Shown one piece after another: positions 59,901 through 64,000 of a stretch of 64,000 nt of DNA. Every line of letters begins with the position of its first letter. Position 1 is the stretch's first letter. The translations under genes were made by a program, and so were the position numbers. Under the pieces are notes generated by a model. That model saw nothing but the letters and a program-made list of their open reading frames with translations, was not told where the DNA came from and ran no database searches. Source of the stretch: Cenarchaeum sp. (lineage in GTDB: Archaea; Thermoproteota; Nitrososphaeria; Nitrososphaerales; Nitrosopumilaceae); NCBI GenBank assembly GCA_965242695.1, contig CBDESU010000001.1, positions 2,148,537 to 2,212,536 on the forward strand. The letters are read 5' to 3'.

Positions 59901-61855
59901 TCCATCGTGCCCTCAAACACGCCAGTGTTGTCGCCGCTCTCCTCCAGCTCCAGCCGGTAGATGGCGTTGTTGATCCGCTCGCTGGCGGCAACGCCGTCGC
60001 CCATCTGGCCAAAGCTAAAGAGATCGACTGCGACGGGGTATGTCATGCCGTTATCAAGAGTGGCGCTTCCAAAGTCCAGCATTATGTCGACAGACTCAGC
60101 ATCTGCGAGTCTGCTGACATCAACACTGGTTATGTCCACAAGGCCTTGGTTGCTACCCCTGACGTTCGGTATGTTGATACTCTGCGCAGTGCCGTTGTTC
60201 CACTGGAACTCTGCGCTGCGAAGATCGCCGATTGAGCGAACGTCGAAGTTGAGGAACTGGAACGTGGCAGAGGGATAGCTTACACCTATGAGGCTGCCGT
60301 CCCTGTAGACCTTGTTGTTTTCCTCGTCAGCAAGGAACGAGTCAAGCGCTTCACCGGTAGTCACTCCCTCGAACGTGACAGTGCTGTCGCCGGTCGCGTT
60401 AAGCGTAAGCCTAGCGACGTCACTGAACAAGTCGACTGCAAACGTACCGTTGTTGCCTGCTAGTGGCCTGTCCCCTACCATGGCAGAGGTGGCGCCGGCG
60501 AGCGTGATCGGCGAGCCGATACGCACGCTTGGAATTATCGTGAAGTCTGGATCGCTCACGGTAATGTCTTCGTCGTTCATGGCCTTCCGGTTTACGTCTG
60601 CATCCGTCAGTGTGACGGGTATCTCCTCGCCAGAGTTCCACACGCCGCCGACTGCATCGTCGTCGAGCGTTATGGTTCCAAAGGCGTGACCCACCACCAC
60701 GGACTGGATGGCGTCGTTGTGGTCAACGACGGCAGAGGTTCCCCTCTTTGCCATGTCGCTGACGACGACGTTGGGGGTGTCACTGTCACTGTCGGTGTTC
60801 GTGAACACGCCGCTGTTTGATCCCGTCTCGATAAATGTGACTATGTATTCCATGGCACCTACACCGGTGCTAGGAATGCCATCGGAGTTCTGGTTGCCAC
60901 CTTTCTGCTCCATGATCATTACTGCGTCATTTTCAGCACCTTCCGCATTGCGGTTGATCGTCAGATATAGATTGTCGTCAATCCCAGCAAGATCGCGATT
61001 AATTGCGTCAGGATCAGTATTGGGTGTTGCATCGCCGTCGTCGTCAAAGACATAGTAGTATGCCCCTTGGCTACCGGTAGTGTCAAACGTCCAAGTGTCC
61101 TCGTCCGTCGGATCCACGTTCATTGCAAGGTCGGTCATGGTCATGATGACGCCGCCGCCCTGCGGATACCTGTCGCGGCCCAGCTCCAAGCCGGTGCCGT
61201 ACTCGTCAGGATCGCTGTCGTAGTAGAGGGTGACGCTCTGTGTGTTGCCACCCTTCTGATACTCTACGACGATGTCGGTCTCGTCGTCAAATCCATACAC
61301 CTGTATAAAGGGCCAGTCATTCACATCTGCAAGGTTGATGCTCCCAGTGTTGCCGGGAGCCGCCGTGTTGGCGGCCTTGTCGGTTCGGATGACCGGGTGA
61401 TTGCCCTCGCGGGCGCAGAAGACATCGTCCGTGCCATATGTAGGCACACCAATGTCGCATGTGGGGTCGCCATAGTCTATGGCGCCAGAAGTGTCTGCAT
61501 CCATAATGTTAGCATGTGCAAAGTACCCGTACCAGTTGCCGTCGTTGCCCTGGACCATCCTCAGCTGGTCGCCGTCAACCTCGACGCGAGGCTCGGCCGA
61601 CGGAATGTCGTCGGCATCGCCGCGGAAGTTGATGTCGGAGTCGCGAACGACTACCTCCACCACGTTGAGGCCGCTGAAGACGTTGTCAAAGGCGCTGTTC
61701 TCGGCGGACACGTACAGGTTGTTGTCGTTGCTCGACTGGGCCGCGGCCTCCGGGATCGCTCCCGGTATGGCGAACGTGACCCCGCCGGCCACCATGATGG
61801 TGGCTAGTATGATACTAGTAACGGCATGCCCGTTCCTTGCTGTTTTTGATACCAT
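56921..61855 (-). CDS. S-layer glycoprotein, copy 4
   Basis: Paralog of copy 1; no TATA box upstream. Confidence 0.9.
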   Translation of the reverse strand: MVSKTARNGHAVTSIILATIMVAGGVTFAIPGAIPEAAAQSSNDNNLYVSAENSAFDNVFSGLNVVEVVVRDSDINFRGDADDIPSAEPRVEVDGDQLRMVQGNDGNWYGYFAHANIMDADTSGAIDYGDPTCDIGVPTYGTDDVFCAREGNHPVIRTDKAANTAAPGNTGSINLADVNDWPFIQVYGFDDETDIVVEYQKGGNTQSVTLYYDSDPDEYGTGLELGRDRYPQGGGVIMTMTDLAMNVDPTDEDTWTFDTTGSQGAYYYVFDDDGDATPNTDPDAINRDLAGIDDNLYLTINRNAEGAENDAVMIMEQKGGNQNSDGIPSTGVGAMEYIVTFIETGSNSGVFTNTDSDSDTPNVVVSDMAKRGTSAVVDHNDAIQSVVVGHAFGTITLDDDAVGGVWNSGEEIPVTLTDADVNRKAMNDEDITVSDPDFTIIPSVRIGSPITLAGATSAMVGDRPLAGNNGTFAVDLFSDVARLTLNATGDSTVTFEGVTTGEALDSFLADEENNKVYRDGSLIGVSYPSATFQFLNFDVRSIGDLRSAEFQWNNGTAQSINIPNVRGSNQGLVDITSVDVSRLADAESVDIMLDFGSATLDNGMTYPVAVDLFSFGQMGDGVAASERINNAIYRLELEESGDNTGVFEGTMEYTMLNQINVRDRNTYLDNLDTISDTINLIVHNDLTDEDSVRVNYRDLGADGVATQIADQVEAPTTSGSVSFDADNYKVADTVTVTLEDADLNVDVETIEIYTVVDTPDDPAYDMVGVDGYGLNSARESFGRVLDITFDDQLWLEGCMVGDPALGEDRTPIDASVDNGLGATGFTLIETGSDTGVFTGDFQIPLQYCHRLGNNAAEARSTTGVDMEVNYVDYRDASGETLEVGDSAGIRANTGTVSLDRTVYPVPFGVPADYGGNPPQGASVFPIHATGLGTWPAAGTFLPNGDLTIHVRINDPDFDVSASGEDKIETTVERNGVSTHGPLKITVSRGASSVIVGTAGGPEANDGRITTLGTANIIEQVPDTDPAQFISRQVTLNEIVSTGESMTRELGPITEIAPDAGIFELDLVLRYTDGPSGSQCPTTSVFQALDGSDGTAAQNRFTDNVPTHCIQQGDILTVEYTDPTDSSGNPNTVTDSATFDLRNGVLQSDKSVYIIGQDMILTLIEPDLDLESDEAETYDLDLIEWDSDAAGLTMGNLGGGAVFDPEPSDLRETGDSTGIFQVVVEIPEAFNNNRVERGEEIELEYTDFGPSGADYVGDDTEDINLTVFTSNFGATIELDQKVYTWTDKVYITIVAPDHNFDSDLVDEIGETSSDPIRVSTRSAELEQYRLVETGTDTGIFAGEVILTGFSHDADGDTTTGTNGYDIVNTPASGTGPTDGKLPTGDDDGITVSFEFSEDETVVTTALVRWSIGEVQWLETSYPAQGTGIVRVIDPDMNLDPEAVDNFGIDVYSDSDSGGIDLTVTETNEATGVFEGTVFFTTTDESSGHRLRVAEGDTITAEYTDGTLPNPYSTNDDIDVTAAAIIGTIVPPLERAPVSNARVVDSFGNTLSSVSVDQQVQITADVINGQDRTQSFAYLVQIQDANGVTVSLSWIEGSLNPGQSLSPAQSWTPDMPGSYTATVFVWESVDNPTALSPPGTVTVNVR
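61787..61822 (-). other. Putative recombination core, copy 4
   Basis: Reverse complement of 9169-9204. Confidence 0.55.
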
Positions 61856-62066
61856 ATCCCGCCGCGCCAGCGGCCGGCCCCGTTGTGCATCCGGCGCGGT
61901 CCGGCAGCGCGCGTCGGGCAGCCAGCTGCGCTTGCCGTCGGCAGCCGTAGGCGGCGCTCACCGGCACAGATGTCGGCATTGGGGCGGGCGCCACGCAGGC
62001 TCCATGACGCCTCAGGGTGCGCTTCCGCCGCATCCGCGTCGAACGCTACGGCGGCTGCGCATGCGC

Positions 62067-62633
62067 TTACGCTGCGGCGGTGTCCGTGTCAGCCAACACG
62101 TGAAATTCATTGGTGTCGTCGTCGTAGGCAAGCCGGATTACGCGATAGTTGGGCGGGTAGTTGCCGTTCGCGTCGGGATCTATCTGGGGGCCGAGCTTTT
62201 CAAGGTCCTTCTCCACAGTCTTTACAAGCCCTGCCGCAAACGCCTTGTCCCAGAGCGCCAGCTTTTTATCGATCATCTCCTCGCCGTCATGATCGTCCAC
62301 GTCCGGCCTGACGGCGGACGACTCTATAATGTCGGCGATCTCGGGGAGCGCGGCCAGGCCGTCAAGGGCCGCGCGCCTCCTCGACGGGTCGTCTCGCGCC
62401 TCCTCGAACCTGTCGATCATGTCGCACAGCACTAATCCCGCAAAACGGAGTGCATCGTAAAACCAAAAGTTGTTGTCATTGTCCTGTTCGAACCACTCGC
62501 TCTTCAGCGTCACCGTGGTCGAATGCAGGTGGCGCAGGTCGGCAAGCATAGCCTGCCCGTCGCCGCCAAGCCTCCCTGACGATGCCCGCGCTGCGCGTTC
62601 TGCTATGTCCGCAAGCGCCAGTGCCTGGCTCAT
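62067..62633 (-). CDS. 'SQALALAD' protein (duplicate of 47714-48280)
   Basis: Identical translation. Confidence 0.7.
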   Translation of the reverse strand: MSQALALADIAERAARASSGRLGGDGQAMLADLRHLHSTTVTLKSEWFEQDNDNNFWFYDALRFAGLVLCDMIDRFEEARDDPSRRRAALDGLAALPEIADIIESSAVRPDVDDHDGEEMIDKKLALWDKAFAAGLVKTVEKDLEKLGPQIDPDANGNYPPNYRVIRLAYDDDTNEFHVLADTDTAAA

Positions 62634-63362
62634 GGCCGCCCTCGTCAGGGTCGCTATATGTGCCTTGCCCCCCCCCCCGTAAAAAGCCAGGGCGTGATCG
62701 TCAGGGCACCGGGCCCACGCCAGGCGCGGCGGGCGCCGGGCGCAGTCGCTCTTTTCCGAGTCGGTACCCGGTGGCGGCAACAGCGGTTGCGCGGGGGATG
62801 CATGCTGCCCCGCAGGGCTCGGATCGCATCGCTTGGGGCGAGGCAGGAGTCCGAACGCGCAAGGGCGCGACGGCCGGCGCGGCGCTATGCCATGCCGTGT
62901 CTCGGGCGAGCATGCGGGGAAAGAGGCGCAGTCCGAGCCTGCGCTGCGGCACGGGTGCCTCTCTGCAGCATATGGCCGCGCGGGATGCCGGGGCCGCATC
63001 GTCCGTCCACCCGCCGACCCGGCGACACCATGGCCGCCCCGCGGCGGTAGTTGCATCTGTCATGCAAGGCCGCGCCGACTTGGGCTAGCCGGGGCATGTG
63101 CCGAGCTTGCCGAGAGGTCCAGCCCGGCAGAAGCGGCGGACGGGCGGCGGGCGCGCACTAAACCCACCACGCGCGGGCGACATGTCCGCCGCCGGGCTGG
63201 GCCCGTTGGCCAAAAATGCCACCATGCGGATGGCCGCCACCCCCTCGCGGCATCCGCCCGCCGCCGCCCTCTGCCCGGGATGCGGCTGTGGGCGAATCGC
63301 CCGCCGCCGCAGGATGGGGCGGGACCACGGGCATGCCCGCGCCGCTCCCCGCCGCCGCCCTT

Positions 63363-64000
63363 TCACCCTCGCGTGCACAGCGTGCGGATCGTGCGCGGCA
63401 GCCCGCTCGTGATTCCAAACCTGTCGTGGATCATGTCCACGATCGGGCGGGACTCCCGCCCGCCGGGCAGCCCGACCGGGGCAAAAATCCCCATGTCGTT
63501 TGACGCGATGCAGAACCTCCCCGACCTGCCCCCGACCATGTTGCGAATGGCGGCGGCCTCTGCGAGTATTCTCTTGTCCTTCGTGTTCCCCAGAGGCTCC
63601 CTCCTGAGAAACCTTTTGTACTGCGCCAAGTCGTCCTCGGGCCAGTCCAAGGCCCAATCGGCTCCAAGGCGCGCGGCGCCGGCAGGGCCGGTCTGCATGC
63701 CGGCGGCCTGGCGAGCCGCCCGTTCTGCCAGCATCCCCGTATACGTCGTCCCGATCTCCCCGATCATTTTGTCGACCTCGCCATGATACGCTTCGACTAG
63801 AGACGGGGGCGGATCATACGGGGTCATTGACGAAAGAAATCGGGACGCCTGCCCTACACACTTGACAATCATTCGACGCATTTCGGTGAATTCGACGCCT
63901 GTTTTTTTGGCCTGCTGTATCGCTGTGTTTTTATGAACTGCTTGAGTTGCCGCACGCCGGGCCACTCGACGCACCTCGCCGGCTACGGTGGGGGACACCA
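63363..64000 (-). CDS. PIN-domain protein (duplicate of 46194-46985; 5' end outside window)
   Basis: Identical translation over the visible part. Confidence 0.7.
   Translation of the reverse strand, partial: VSPTVAGEVRRVARRAATQAVHKNTAIQQAKKTGVEFTEMRRMIVKCVGQASRFLSSMTPYDPPPSLVEAYHGEVDKMIGEIGTTYTGMLAERAARQAAGMQTGPAGAARLGADWALDWPEDDLAQYKRFLRREPLGNTKDKRILAEAAAIRNMVGGRSGRFCIASNDMGIFAPVGLPGGRESRPIVDMIHDRFGITSGLPRTIRTLCTRG

Larger units (their letters stand above)
61737..64000 (-). repeat. Right arm of the inverted repeat (runs to the window edge)
   Basis: Reverse complement of 46348-48610. Confidence 0.9.

Noticed and set aside
9136-61855. Diversity-generating retroelement as the source of S-layer variation
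   Set aside because: There is no reverse transcriptase in the window. Differences are block replacements and indels rather than adenine-specific substitutions, and the C-termini are conserved.
1-64000. tRNA or rRNA genes
   Set aside because: I recognised no cloverleaf/TpsiC pattern or rRNA-like segment by eye; a tRNAscan-SE or Infernal run would be needed to exclude them.

Overview
High-GC archaeal DNA, most likely a thaumarchaeote (Nitrososphaerota, Nitrosopumilaceae-like). This call rests on a topoisomerase VI A C-terminus, archaeal TATA boxes about 25 bp before start codons, apt/mtnP, and Nitrosopumilus-type S-layer proteins. Four ~5 kb S-layer paralogs dominate the window in +,-,+,- orientation. 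All four share an identical palindromic 5' site inside the signal-peptide coding region and near-identical 3' ends, and their variable blocks are mosaic. A tyrosine recombinase lies head-to-head with copy 1. Copy 1 has a unique upstream region rich in ATGGTAT motifs, whereas copies 2-4 share a GC-rich upstream block with no TATA box. I infer from this layout a recombinase-driven S-layer switching (antigenic/phase variation) locus. The rest of the window holds expanded toxin-antitoxin-like families: ten MNT-like/HEPN pairs with the HEPN gene mostly inactivated, PIN pairs, DUF5678 plus aspartyl protease, and a GNAT remnant. It also carries a four-copy tandem small-gene array, a HEPN-TPR protein, DUF262, an orphan DNA methyltransferase, an OLD-like ATPase and a few housekeeping genes. 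All family assignments come from motif recognition by eye, not from database searches.
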